A stretch of 64,000 bases of DNA from the human T2T-CHM13v2.0 reference genome, Homo sapiens. The DNA lies in the NCBI RefSeq assembly GCF_009914755.1, contig NC_060927.1. One strand, written 5' to 3'. Shown piece by piece: positions 22,331-37,415 of this stretch. The stretch's first letter is position 1; each line of letters opens with the position of its first letter. The translations under genes and the position numbers were made by a program. Under the pieces are notes generated by a model. It had not been told where the DNA came from. It did no database searches and worked only from the letters and a program-made list of their open reading frames with translations.

Positions 22331-24756
22331 AATATAAATATTGATAACTCTTTATCTATTTTTCATGGAGTCCCAATTTTTCCCTAAATGTTTCTTACTG
22401 GGAAATAAGATTGCATATTCTGGCAACTGAGTACTTTAAATAAAACCAACTTTCAATAGGAATCTAACTTATCCAAAAATATTTCTGTGAGAAAAGCCCC
22501 CTGTTAAGGAGAAAAGAAAAAGAAGTTAACATAGTCCAGGACAGATGAAGAACCTGTTTGTCACCAAAGGATTTTTTTTTCCCAAAGTAAACTTGATGCT
22601 TGCTATATTATCTAATATATCTTGATATCAACAAATTTCCATCTCTTTCTGGTTTACTCACACTCAATTTCTAGAACCTGCATGTTTCTTTCTCTTGATC
22701 GCTCATCTGTTCCTTTCCATCCCCACTAGAGTCCAAATTTTCAGGCTCTGTTTTGAATGTTCTTAAGTTAAAGCAGCATTCAATCCATTGGAAAGTAGAC
22801 ACCTACATTTCCACCGACCCTTGAAAGACCCTATTCACATCTGTTTCCCCTCCACCTCTCACTAAACCCTGTTGCCACACCATTGTCTGCTAAACCATGG
22901 CCTCAATCTTGAGTGTCTTATTCCTTGCAGAACACTCAACTTGAGCACTCAATATGTTGCAACACTTTAAATAAGTGTTTGAGTGGACTCCTTTTGATTG
23001 TGTGGTTTTTAAAAAAAATCTTTTCACATTCCTTTCATTCAATTAATGCTTATTAGTTTCTAGGCAGTTAACTAGGTGCTAGGGTGACAAGGAAAATAAA
23101 TATGACCCCTGTCTTCAAGGAGACCTTTTAAATAAGTTACATAAAGAGTAAATAGTTTCCCTGTGACTTGAGACATTCTTCACATCCCTTGGTAACCAGA
23201 GAAATATAATCCAAAATCTGGGTAAACCTGGTTTCTACGGAGAACTAGGAGAAAAGAACAGATGAAGGTGTATCAGACTATCTGAAGATTGCAAGCCTAT
23301 ATTTTTGAGCATGAGAGTTCCTTCTACAACATGCACAACATGCACAAACAAAATATATTTCCACAGAGGAAAACATCTGATATTCACATAAAATAGCCTG
23401 TTCTTAAGGAATCTTATCTTCCAATTCCCTTGTTTATGGTAAATAAAAAATTTTAAACAGACTACTGGTATTACAATCTGGTTACCATATCTTAGGTTCC
23501 TCAAAACACTTGAGAGAATCTTCACCTTAAAATCACCTTGACTTGACAGAATGCAGAAGCTGAACCTATTAACCTTGAGATTATGATTTGCATACCTTGT
23601 AATTTTCTCCAGCTCTAAACCTGAACTAATTAAGAATTAGTAGTAACTAATAACTATTCAATAACTTAAAGAACCTATCATTGTACTTCATTGTTATATA
23701 GGTCTAAAATTAATTAAAAGTTAGTATTCTTCACCCAATAAATGATATATTTTTGAAATGTTATAGTTTAGACTTGCTATGCAGAGCTCTCATTCAACAA
23801 TTTGACATAGAAGAAACAAGACTTCATCTATACATTACACTAGCAACGTATCTATAGTGCTGTTTTATAGTAAAGGAAAGCCTGATCTGTGATTACCAGA
23901 ATGGAGTCCTGAGTTTTCCCTTGTGGTGGCTGTAACTCTTTTACAAGGTAGTCCTTGAGTTTACTGGCAACTGTCTCTACCTCTGTTCTACTGGCATCAC
24001 GATAATCTTACTCCACCCTGCTGTGAAACACTGGGAAACTGGGAATAAGAACAGGGCAAGACCCATGATAATAGCAGGATGTTATTGCAGTTATGTGCTT
24101 TTTTTTTTGGTAAAAGGTGAAGATATTATTCAGAAGAGAGTGTTTATATGTGTAGCCACTTTGTTCCTATGAAATATATGTCAGATGTCATTCCCATTTT
24201 GTTACTGAGGAAATAGCCCTGTTGCTGAGGATGGGCCTAAAGACTCACTGTAAAATCATAATAGTATAGGAGGAACTTGCAAATGATTAGGCATTTGAAT
24301 GTCTACTATGTGCTAGGGCTTTGCTAGGGAAATCACATTTGCCTATACATAGCAAAATCACCAATCCCAAGCGGGAAAGTCAGGGGTAGTTCTAATAGCG
24401 TTGAGAAGTTATGAGGGTCTGGCAGATATTAAGTCTCCCTGGAACTAGAAAATTCAGAAGTCTTTTGTGATATATGTTTGAAAGATCAGAAGAATGGTAG
24501 CATAGTTTCATTTCAAAGAAGAACAATTCAATATTTCAGTATAAGTCAAATACTTTTTATAGATTTCTTGTTTAATCTTCTAACCACCCTGTGAGGTAGA
24601 TGTTTTCCCCCTCTCGAAGACTAAAAAACTGTGATATAAAGAGATTAGGTAACTCACCACAATCAGTAAAGTAGCAATGAAAGACTTCCAGGAAGATCAA
24701 GTTGAAGTACTTGTCTATTCTCCTTCCACTTAGTACAATAAAAAACCTAGACATTA

Positions 24757-24762
<6 letters not shown>

Positions 24763-24808
<46 letters not shown>
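24763..24808. repeat. (AC)23 microsatellite
   Basis: Perfect AC run of 46 bp. Confidence 0.98.
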
Positions 24809-24810
<2 letters not shown>

Positions 24811-26256
24811 CCCTAAAACATAGAGAAAAGGCCCACAGGCTAGGAACCCTAAGATCCAAGATCAACAGGTTGGGGTATTCCCAAGGCTTTCTTTTAGCCT
24901 CATATATCTCAGAGGTGGAACTGAAATGGCTAGCAAACTGGAAATGCCAGTGGGCATAGGCCAAAAACATCCTAACAAAATCTTTCTTTCTTTACTAAAA
25001 CAATCAGGAAAGGGGGAAACGTAGCAAGGCAGAAAACTTTTAGTAACAACTTCTCTACTTCAGCCAAATATCACAGAAAAAGTGGTGGAGAACTTAGGGT
25101 TTCACTTTCTGGAGGCTGTAAGGTGGTATCAGGAGGCTGAGTAGGGAATGTGGACTTTCATCCTCTTAGGCAGTATCAAGGACCCTGCCCTCACCAGAGT
25201 GTCAGTGGAGGCTGTGTGGAGTACCTGGACTTCCACCTCCACTCTGTAGTAATGAAATGGCACCCCCATTTTCCCCTGCTGAAGCTGTGTCAGAAAAAAA
25301 ACAGCTGAAACACCATGTAAAAATAAGATCTAAAGTCTCATAAATGAAAAACTTTCACACTGCAAAAGTATCTGTTAAGAGGATGAAAAAATAAGCTACA
25401 AACTGAGATAAATTATTTGCAAACCATCTATTTGACAAAGGACTAGTATCTGGAATGTATCAAATACTCTCAAAATTCAACAGTCAAAAGAGAATCCAAT
25501 CTGAAAATGGGTGAAGGACATGAACAGACATTTCACCCAAGAGTGTATACAATTGGTAAATGATAGTCATTAGGAAGAGTGTATACAATGCTGAAAAGAT
25601 GTTCAACATTAGTAGACATCAGGGAAGTGAAATTTAAAATTACAATGAGATATTACTTTACACCTATGAGAATGGCTAGAATAAAAAATACTGAGAACAC
25701 CAAATGCTGATAAGGATTTAGAAAAATTGGACCACTTATATTGCTGGTGGAAATATAAATAATATAGACATTCTGCGAAACAGTTTGGCAGTTTCTTAAA
25801 AAAACTAAACATTCCAGCAATTGCACCCTGAGTATTTCTCCCATAGAAATGAAAACTCATGTTTACTCAAAATTCTGCACATGGATATTTATGCCAGCTT
25901 TATTCATAATAGCCAAAAACTGAAGACAATTCTGATATTCTTCAATGGATGAATGGTTAAACTGTGGTACAACCATACCATGGAATACTACTCAGCAATA
26001 AAAAGGAATGAACTGGACAACCATCTGGATGAACCTCCAGAGAATTATGCTGAGTTTAAAAAGACGGTCTCAAAAATTATATACTGTATAATACCATTTG
26101 TAAGACATTTTTGAAATGATAAAATTATAAAAATGTAGAGCAGTTTAGTGATTGCTAGGGTTTAAGTGGGCTGTGGCAATGAAAGGTCAATATGAGAGAT
26201 CCTTGTGGTGATAGAAATCGTCTGTTTCCTGCCTGCATCAATATCAACATCCTGGT

Positions 26257-26640
26257 TCCTAGGGGCCAAATTGTGTCCCCTCACAATTTGTCCATTGAAG
26301 TCCTAACTCTCATTACCTCAGAAAGTGACTATTTTGGGAGACAGGGTCTTTAAAGAGGCAATTAAGATGAAGTCATTAGGATGTGCCCTAATCCAATATT
26401 TCTGGTTTCCTTGTAAGAAGAGGTGATGAGGACACAGACACATAGAAAAGGAAGACCCTGCAAAGACACACAGAGAAGACAGCCATTTACAAGCCAAGCA
26501 GAGATGCCTCAGAAGAAACAACCCTGCTGACATGTTGGTCTTGTACTTATATCCTCCAGAATTGTGAGGAAATCAGTTTCCATTGTGTAAGCCACTCGGC
26601 TTGTGGTACTTTGTCATGGCAGCCCTAGAAAACTAATACA
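26257..26640 (+). mobile_element. MLT1A/B solo LTR inside the L1MC
   Basis: AATTGTGTCCCC...GGCAGCCCTAGAAAACTAATACA, with TSD CTGGT/CTAGT. Confidence 0.88.
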
Positions 26641-27810
26641 CTAGTTATAATATTGTACTATAGTACAATATTGTTGTTGTCTTCCAGGGAAACTGAGTAA
26701 AGCATACATGGTATCTCTTTATATTATTTCTTACAACTGAACGTAAATCTGCAATTATTTCCAAATAAAAAGTATCTTTGTGAAGTTATTCTGAGGTTCA
26801 AATGCAGGCCTGTCTGTTGCTAAAGTTTATGATCAAACTGGCCCAAACTTTTGACTCGGTCCTGTGTCAGAGCAACTAATTGTGAGGCTATCAGTTATCC
26901 AAACTATGAATTCAGACTCAGGAGTTTGACATAGAGTCTTAGCAGTGATGGGTCAAAATGTAGCATTCTATGGGGTTTTCTAATTTTCTTTCTTGTGGTT
27001 CATTACTTCTGGACTGCCTCCTTCCGCAGAGAAATGACCCTATCTCACAGACCCAGAGCTTTGCATAAGGAGTGACCTCAGTGCTGTTGCTTTCATCTGT
27101 AAGTGAAAAGGCCTTAGCAATCTTAAAGGTAATTGATGCCACATGGTGTTCTGAGACTTTCCAAAAGTCATACTACATAATTTTGAGTGCAACCATTTTG
27201 TAGTCTTTAGGAACATATTGCTTTTAAGATGTCATTGGCACCAAATTTCCCCTAAATGTAAGCCACCTACATTGGGTCTGCAACTGAAAAAGTAATAATC
27301 AGAACTAAAGAAATAGTAATTGTTTCCATGCTTTAAAAATAAAATAAAAATCTCCTGTCAGACTCAAGAAGCTTCTCTCTGTTCCTTATGTGGTAAGGGA
27401 TTTTCATAAGGCATTTTCAGGGGTAATTTTGACTTCATGAATGTTTTGCTTCATATGCTGACTTTAGAAATTAACCTCCTCATAAAATTCAATCCCACTT
27501 TGCTATTTTGACATTTCCTTTGTTTGAAAGTATTCATTAACATTTCACATAATTGCCCTGTTTCCAGAGCAAGTATGTAATTTCCTACAAAATGAAGACC
27601 TCATAATGCATATCCAATAAAGTCCACCCTGTCTGCCACTAGTTGATACCTTAGCCTTATCAAGGGATTGAAAGAATGATTTTTCTGCTGTTGGTCCTGT
27701 TGGATCCTGTTGAATCCTGTTGGTTGTCTCCACCACTAAAATGTGACCACCAGCCACGGCCATTTATAGCACCTACTATTCTTCAGTCATTGTTGTTCTC
27801 TTTGTTATGA

Positions 27811-28142
<332 letters not shown>

Positions 28143-28349
28143 ACTCCTCGCTCTTTTCTGAATATGTATACTGCCAGTGATTATTGCCAAGTCAGCATAT
28201 AGAATGTCAAGCAAATTGATTAGAGTACTTTCATAACATTGCCTTTACCGAGATGGCCATGTAAACAACAATCAAATTTTCATACAATTGGATGCTAGGA
28301 AAAGCCATGATAATATACCTATGAGAACTTACATTCCAGTAAAATGTGA

Positions 28350-28629
28350 AGTCAAGGGATGGGCTTATAGGAACAGAGGTATTTCACTCTCTGACCAAAG
28401 AGTAAATTGCACAGAGCTTCAAGAGGAATTTTTAAAAATGAAATGTGTGTGTGTGTGTGCATGATTAAATATATTTAGTCAAGGGATGGGCTTATAGAAA
28501 CAAAGGTATTTCACTCTCTGACCAAAGAGTAAATTGCACAGAGCTTCAAGAGGAATTTTTAAAAATGAAATGTGTGTGTGTGTGTGCATGATTAAATATA
28601 TTTAGTCAAGAGATGGGCTTATAGAAACA
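28350..28629. repeat. 127-bp tandem duplication (2.2 copies)
   Basis: AGTCAAG(G/A)GATGGGCTTATAG starts at 28350, 28477 and 28604. The two full copies differ at 2 positions. Confidence 0.97.
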
Positions 28630-30024
28630 CATATAAATATATTTAATTTAAATATATTTTTAAACATTTTTAAAACATATTTATATATAATTATATATAT
28701 TTATATATATTTATTTAAATAAAAATATATTTTCCTAAAGGATTAAAAGCAATTATGTAAACAGCTTTCACTTTATAATTTTTTCAACTGAAGTAATCTG
28801 TTCCAACAAACTATAATTAAAATGTTATTTAATAATTTTATCATTATTAATCATGTGGATAATTCTGGTGTTCAGATTATAGAATAGTAACTGACATAGG
28901 TATCTCTATTCTTTCAGGGAAATGGATTACTTGGCTAATCTATACAAATTGTTAATGTGTTCTTTAGGCAAGTCATGGAATAAACTCAATCGGTTGCTCC
29001 ACAGTGTTAAATATTTTAGTTACTATATCTAAGATCCAGAAACTGGGTCTTAGTTTCCTTTCTTCATATTTATAACATAACACATTGCCTCTCAATCTTT
29101 AGTGACAAGCAAGCACAGCAATGTTTACCCAGGCTGCTGATTCCTGGTATCTGTCAAATATTATAAAGTGATACTTGTTGGCTCTTGTATTAGAAGCAGT
29201 GTTGCCAACTGATCTGATAGTCTGCATACACTGAATAGAATTGCTCCCTTTGGACTACTATTTAGGTCTAGATCTGTCCTTTCCAAATCAAGAATTGTTT
29301 GATATTCAGCAGTTGGTTTTTCTTGATCTTGTGCTCGTATGCTGGTAGCAAGATTGTACTTCATCAAGAGTTTTCATTTATTTTTTACTCAATATCCTTA
29401 TTGTACCAGAAATAAATATAAATGGCCATGTTTCATTCTTATAAAATTATTGAAGGACAAAACTCCCTTAATACATATATGCATATATAATTACACCTGG
29501 CAAATACTGATATTATTGCTATTTTAGAACTCAAAGCTATAAAGACGTCATTCTGTTTTCTCTCCTCAGTGAGGCTGTTTGAAATAAGCCATCAATATAT
29601 CTAAAATAAGCCATAAGAATAATCTTATGGCTTATTTTACATCTTATTAGAAAACATAGTATGAAAGGAAGCCAGGCAGAAAGCTTTATAGACCTACCCT
29701 AGAAATGTCTTTGAGTAAAGATAGTTACTTCCAGCTCTCTCAAACCATCTGTTGAATAGCAACTTACGTGTTTTTCCTTATATTTATATATGCATCCTTC
29801 TTCTTAAACAATTGCTACCTTAAAGGTCATCACAATTCTTGTTATTAAACACCTAATGTGTGCAAGTGATACAGAGCATAAAAAGATTATACTTGGTTTT
29901 CAAATATTAAATCTTATAGCCTTTGTCTGTGATTGGAAATTAAAAAAAAATGAGTATTGAATTTCAGGTCTGGTGATTAATAGGGTAATGAGAAGAATGA
30001 ACCAGAAAAATCGAAAGAATGTGT

Positions 30025-32810
30025 TTGTAGCCTGTTTCAACTGAGATTTTCCCAAGCAGAGCCTGAAATAAGTCTTTCATGCAAGTACTTTTTTTTAATT
30101 CAGAGAAAATGTCCTTTAATATAACCCTTTCAAATTGTTTTCTTTATTTTTAACTTTTATTTTAGGTTCAGGAGTACATGTGCAGGATTGTTTTATCGGT
30201 GAACTCATGTCATGGGGGTTTGTTGTACAGATTATCTCATCACCCAGGTATTAAGCCTAGTACCCCATAGTTATTTTTTCTGTTCCTCTCCCTCCTCCCA
30301 CCCTCCACTCTCAAGTAGACCCCAGTGTCTGTTTTTCCCTTCTTTGCGTTCATGAGTTCTCATCATTTAGCTCCTACTTGTAAGTGAGAACATGTGGTAT
30401 TTGGTTTTCTGTTCCTAAGTTAGTTTGCTAGGGATAATGGCCTCCAACTCTATCCATGTTCCCACAAAAGATGTGATCTCCTTCCATTTTAATAGCTGCA
30501 TAGTATTCCATTATGTATATTACCACATTTTCTTTATCCAAGCTGTCATTGATAGGCACTTAGGTTGATTCCAAGTCTTTGCTATTATGAATAGTGCTGC
30601 AATATACATTTGTGTGCCTGTGTCTTTATGGTAGAATGATTTATATTCCTCTGTATGTACCCAGTAATGGGATTGCTGGGTCAAATGGTAGTTCTGTTTG
30701 TGGCTCTTTGAGGACTCCTCCCCACCTCACTCTATGAGGCCAGCATTATCCTGATACTAAACCCAGGCAGAGACACAACAAAAAAAAGGAAACTTCAGGC
30801 AAATATCCTTGATGAACATTGATGCAAAAATCCTCAACAAAATACTTATAAACCGAATCCAGCAGCACATCAAAAAGCTAATCCACCATGATCAAATAGG
30901 TTTCATCTCCAGGATGCAAGGTTGGCTCAACATACAAAAATCAATAAATGTGATTCATCATATAAACAGAACTAAAGAATAAAAAACATGATTATCTCAA
31001 CAGATGTAGAAAAAGCTTTCCATAAAATTAAACATCCCACATCCCTTCATGTTAAAAACTCTCAATAAACTAGGTATTGAAGGAACATATCTCAAAATAA
31101 TAAGAGCCATTTATGACAAACCCACAGCCAACATTATACTGAATGGGCAAAAGCTGGAAGCATTCCTCTTAAAAACTGGCACCAGACAAGTATGCCCTCT
31201 CTCACCACTCCTATTCAACATAGTATTGGAAGTCCTAGCCAGAGCAATTAGTCAAGAGAAAGAAATAAAGGGCCTCCAAATAGGAAAAGAGGAACTCAAA
31301 CTATCTGTTTGCAGATGACATTATTCTATATCTAGAAAACCCCATTGTCTCAGCCCAAAAGCTCCTTCAGCTGATAAACAACTTCAGCAGTTTCAAGATA
31401 CAAAATCAATGTACAAAAATCACTGGCATTCCTATACACCAACAACAGCCAAGCTGAGAGCCAAATCAGGAAGGCAATCCCATTCGCAACTGCCAAAAAA
31501 GAATAAAATATCCAAAAGTACAGCTAATCAGGGAGGTGAAAGATCTCTACAATGAGAATTACAAAACACTGCTCAAAGAAATAAAAAATACAAACAAATG
31601 GAAAAACATCTCATGCTCATGGATAGAAAGAATCAATATCATTAAAATGGTCATACTGCCCAAAGCAATTTACAGATTCAGTGCTATTTCTATCAAACTA
31701 CCAGTGACATTCTTCAGAGAACTAGAAAGAACTATTTTAAAATTCATGTAGAACCACAAAAGAGCCTGTATACCCAAGGCAATCCTAAGCAAAAAGAACA
31801 AAGCTGGAGGCATCACATTACCTGACTTCAAACTATACTACAAGGCTACAGTAACCAAAACAGCACGGTATTGGTACAAAAACAGACACATAGACAAGTG
31901 GAGCAGAATAGAGAGCCCAGAAATAAGGCCACACACCTATGATCTTCAGCAAAGCTGACAAAAACAAGCAATGGGGAAAACACTCCCTATTCAATACATT
32001 GTGCTAGGATAACTGGCTAGCCATATGCAGAAGCTTGAAAATGGATCCCTTCCTTACATTATATACAAAAATCAGCTCAAGATGGATTAAAGACTTAAAT
32101 GTAAAACCCAAAACTATAAAAACCTTGGAAGACAACCTAGGCAATGCCATCCTGCCATAGGAATGGGCAAGGTTTCATGACAAAGACACCAAAAACAATT
32201 GCAACAAAAGCAAAAATTGACAAGCAGGATCTAATTAAACTTAAGAGCTTCTGTACAGCAAAAGAGACTATCAACAGAGTAAACAACCTGCAGAATAGGA
32301 GAAAATATTTGCAAACTATGAATCTGACAAAGGTCTAATATCCACCATCTATAAGGAACTTAAATTTGCAAGAGAAAAGCAAGTATTTTATTTTGGGAAG
32401 TGAATCCAGGGAACAGGGGAGGGGCCCTTGAGAAGAGTAAAACAGGAAGGAGGGAGAGCTAATCCAAGAGTGTGCTGTTCAGCTGGCTATGCCTGTGGGT
32501 AACTGGGGCTTAGTCTTGGTGGGGATGCTTTAAGGAACCACATAGAAGACACTTCAGGATTGTCAACCAGAGAGAAAACAGGGGAACAGCCTGACCTCCA
32601 TAGGCTAAAATTAACACTGGAGGGTTTTTATTTTCTCTGTTTTAGGAGTCTCACTAGAAAGCAGAGAATCCCTGGGATAACAAGCAAGACAGACGCATAG
32701 TACAGCTGGGATGAAGTGCTGGTAAGGGCACCTGTGTAGAGCCTGTTGCCTCAACAATGTCCAGGACAAAAAGGTGAGCCAAGGGGATGTGAGAGGAGTA
32801 TGGCAGATGT
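30025..32810 (-). mobile_element. LTR16/LTR33-like ERVL LTR, host of the L1 insertion (30025-30091 and 32379-32810)
   Basis: CCCAAGCAGAGCCTGAAATAAG...TGCAAGTA continues after the L1 as GCAAGTATTTTATTTTGGGAAGTGA, the antisense LTR16-type end. Confidence 0.65.
30089..32378 (-). mobile_element. 5'-truncated, 5'-inverted older primate L1 (about L1PA11-13) with a short 3' extension
   Basis: L1 3' end on - (30138-30714) is joined to ORF2 on + (30715-32378). TSD GCAAGTA(C/T)TTT at 30081 and 32379. Confidence 0.92.
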
Positions 32811-33114
32811 TTAATGTAATGCCCAACTTTGACACTTATTCATTAGGTGTATCATTTGTTCACTCTTAGCACCTGTTTCTTCATCCTAAATGAAGCAGGA
32901 GGATCACTTACCCTGGCTGTTTCCCAGAATGATCATTAAGAGAGTTGTGAAAGCACTTTGAAGCAATTTAAAAGCTAACTCACTGCAAAACTGAAGGTGG
33001 TTGATGCTATTCTAGACCTGAATATGAAGCAATACCAGGAAAACAGAGAACTAAGAATAGATCACAGAGAGCATCTAGAAGGCCTCAGGAAGTCCCTGCA
33101 CTGATGTGGCAGTT

Positions 33115-33522
33115 CTGTTGTTACATTAACTAAGAAAAAAATCAACACAGATGCCAAAGAAAGTAGAGTATATTTGGGAAAAAAAGAATTGCAATTCAGG
33201 TACACTGAATTAGGGCAACACTAAATAGTGTCCTTTAAGGCAAGTTCAGGTTTTTAATAGGAGATTTCTTGAAAAAGTTGTTTTGAGGGGCAATTCACTG
33301 GCTGGACAGAAATCCTAAATTGCAGAGCTGTTCTGAATTGTTAGTTAATTAGGGTACTCCCAGCTGAGAGATGTTGAAGTCCAGTGGATTCTGACTTAAG
33401 GTGTTATCCAAGTCTGTTGGAACCTTCTGTGGCTTAACATTTAGCAGGTATGAGTGCAGTCCTCTCTTGATCTTCCAATTCCACTTTAATGCCTAGGCCT
33501 AAATTACTTTATGTCCTTTCAC
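33115..33522 (-). mobile_element. Probable old ERV1-type solo LTR
   Basis: AAAGAATTGCAATTCAGG...TCCTTTCACA resembles antisense MER90/MER92-group LTRs. Family not established. Confidence 0.4.
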
Positions 33523-34703
33523 AGCAACAATGGGCCAGGAAGGCATGACATGCACAAATGATGACAGGCACCACACTTAGCATCTTGGAAAATGAATATG
33601 TGAGTTTAACACCTCAAGGTTTTTAATAGCTGAAATATTAGGAGACTTTTTTGCTGGAAATAAATATTGATTGAACTGATTCAGTAAATGCCTAATATAT
33701 GAGGACCGTAATTCCTTATCTCCCTGTCAGACCAATTTAAGATCTACATTTTAGCCATGTCTGTCCACCTCTCAGCTTTAGAGTTTAAATTCACTTTCTT
33801 CTGCAGTATTTCGACAACTGAAAGACTCCAGTTGGATGACTAATTTCAGCCCTATTTGATCTGAGGATGCAACCGGTAGCTGCTCTCACATCCTCAAGTT
33901 ACATGACAGTTATACTTTTTACTTCCTCAGAACATTTGCCAATTTAATAAATGTTCAATGCCAACATTAAATTCTCCCCTGAGCCTTAGTGTAGGTACAT
34001 GTGCATAGATATAATCAGGATTAACCATATTTCATATGCCGTTTCTTCTCCCAGTCACTTGAAGACATCGTGGAGGCACTTTGCAGAAGAGAACCAAAAG
34101 TGGTGTTGAAATGGTAACAGATCCCAAAGCCTAACAGTTGAGCTCTTGCAAGCAGTGGCCCTACAGGTTCCCCTAATATAGGGTCCTAATGGTTCATCCT
34201 ACTTCCTTTCAGGTACCCCTTCCTGAAATGAAGAATATGTTGCAAGGGAAAGGTTTGTAACCTAAAACTGTTGATCTAGTCTTCAATAATGGCATACATA
34301 TCATAGCCACTTTCTCTGTGACATAAATCTCAGAGAAATTGTTCTTTCCTTCCTCAGCCATTGATATTATTTAAAACCGTGATTCTATTTTTACCTTCAG
34401 CTTGAACAATCTCTGCATAACAGGTATGTTTGTATGCATACGGCATTTCTTCCTAAAACTTCAAAAATCTTCAAAAAATATGTAATTCTTCTATTTTCAA
34501 ATTCCGTGAGAGTCTGCTCTCCTCATGTGTATGCTTTAGGAGCTCTGCTATTTCCCTAAACTAATATTACAGTGGTGTGATGTACCATTAACTACATGGC
34601 CATGGAGATTCAGAGGTGAAAGCAGGGATTGCCTGCATCTTTTAAGTCCCAGTTTGATTTTGATTTCATTTCATAATAGATCTTATTAATGATAAAAGTT
34701 GGC

Positions 34704-35571
<868 letters not shown>

Positions 35572-36295
35572 GGCTTGGATGGCATCCTTTGTTCCAGACA
35601 GAAGGGTCCTGTTTATTGTCCTCCTAAGGTAATTTTTGTTCACTTTGTAACTTTTGCTCCCATGCACTCAGCAAACAGATATTGACCAGCTACTATGTGC
35701 TAGTAAGTAAGTGGTAGTTGTTTGGGATACAATAGTGAGTAAAGCATGACTCTTAGCATCTGTTGTATGTGCATGCATGCCATGCATGTGACACTGAGGG
35801 AGAGAGAGATTAAATGATATGACAGCATAGAGGCTGGGCACTGCCCAACTTTCCATGTGGAATTCAGAGAGGTCTTTATTTCTCTGAAGTTGAGTTTAAG
35901 CTTGGGTGTTCTAGCGACCAGAACTGTAATGGGAATTGTAGGTGCAGATGAACTTTGTGTAGGGTTATGGTTCTTTCTCACAGAACTATTGGCACCCACT
36001 GCAACCAGCTACACAATTTTCTTTACAACTCTGCAGCAAGCTAGACAGGTCACAGGCAGTCCAACCTCAGGAGGTTGCCTGTATCATGTTGATGGTGAAG
36101 CTGACACCATAGCATGGAAACCAGAGTCCACTGCTCCCACAGCTCAATGCTTAGCTGTTTCAATATGTTGTCTGAAACTGCATCTTCTAATTCCTGGACT
36201 TTTCAGATCTGTACTGACTCAGATCTGGGTGGGGCTTAGTTTGAAGGAGGGAGTCCTTGGTGATGATGTGATTTCCTTGGTCTGTCATAGGTAGC

Positions 36296-36405
36296 AAATC
36301 AAACGTACCTTGGACTTTACTCTCTGAGAAACTCATAGCTGAATTCAATGTTTATTCTTATGGACTACTTAGCATTTGACTAGACGGTATGAATTTCTAA
36401 GTAAG
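36296..36405 (+). other. HHLA2: Distal alternative first (5'UTR) exon of HHLA2
   Basis: Unique sequence ending in a strong donor AAG|GTAAGG. It matches my recollection of an HHLA2 transcript leader (AAATCAAACGTACCTTGG...TAAGTAAG spliced to CACATATAG). The start is approximate. Confidence 0.8.
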
Positions 36406-37204
36406 GTAAGGATTTCTTTCTAAGTTGTTTATACCTAGAACTTAAAAGTGGGCATGAATAAATCAAATATGGGTGGTTTTTAGTTGACACTTTATTTTCC
36501 CGTTAGGAAAAAATTAGTGACTGATCTTTTAAATTGATTTAGTGCATATACTATGTATTGTGCATATGCACCAAACAAATACTTAGTAAAAGGTTGTCTT
36601 GAAGGAACATGCTGATATATTTCAAATAAAAGAACTTAGCAAAAATGAGGAAAATACCTAACATTCTGGTAAGACAGTGAAAGAGGGATGAGCAATGTTT
36701 GTTTTGAAAATTATCTGCGAACTTTAAAAAAATCTCTAAGAGTGTATTCTTACTTGTAATTGTTCATCTAGTTACACTACAGAGTTTTATTAGCTGCTCC
36801 AAGATGCACTGCGTTCCATTCTGTGGTGGAAACAAAAGGACCGTAGTAGTGGTTATCTAGCAGAAGAATCGTGATCTTTGAATTCTAATACAAGAAACTT
36901 AGAAGTCTCCTAGATATTTCCACTGTCTCAGGGAAGAATCATTAAGTTTATGTCATTTTTTAATAACTAAAACAAGATTCAAAAAGTTAAGATTCAATTC
37001 TCATTGGGTTTCTATTGTTTGGGACTTTGGATAATAGAAAAAAATATGAACAGGTAATTTAGGTTTTTTTGTGTTACTGGTACCTGACAAAACAAACTTG
37101 AGCTTCCCATTTCCTAGAAACTTGGAGGAAATAATTTCTGTCCAGAATGGCAAATTGGTGTCATATCCCATTATAAGCATATTTTAATCAAAAGATGCAA
37201 TAAA

Positions 37205-37415
37205 GTGTAGTGGTCAAGATCATAGTCTCTAGAGTCAAGTAATCCTTGGTGCATTTACCTGCTTCATCATTAACCAGTTGTATATTTTTCTCAGAGCCAG
37301 TTTCCTAATCTGTAAAATGGGGGTAGACTAGTATTGCTGTGAAGATTAAATGAAATTTATTAAAGTGCTTAGCAAAGTGCCTGGTATGTAGAAAGTGTTT
37401 AATAAATATTATTAT
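37205..37415 (+). mobile_element. MIR SINE
   Basis: CAGTTTCCTAATCTGTAAAATGGGG core and AAAGTGCTTAGCAAAGTGCCTGG...AATAAAT end. Confidence 0.85.

Larger units (their letters stand above)
24690..26772 (+). mobile_element. L1MC-type LINE fragments (5'-like part, ORF2 end and 3'UTR)
   Basis: 25350-26100 matches the L1 ORF2 C-terminal DNA (GGACATGAACAGACATTTCACC, CCATGGAATACTACTCAGCAATAAAAAGGAATGAA). L1MC-type 3' end at 26641-26772. The 24690-25340 assignment is less certain. Confidence 0.75.

Noticed and set aside
28350-28629. CRISPR-like repeat-spacer array
   Set aside because: The 'spacers' are near-identical. It is a plain tandem duplication in eukaryotic DNA.
35857-36294. 145-aa ORF just upstream of the distal HHLA2 exon
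   Set aside because: GTG start, no recognisable domain, and it lies in putative promoter DNA. Consistent with chance.
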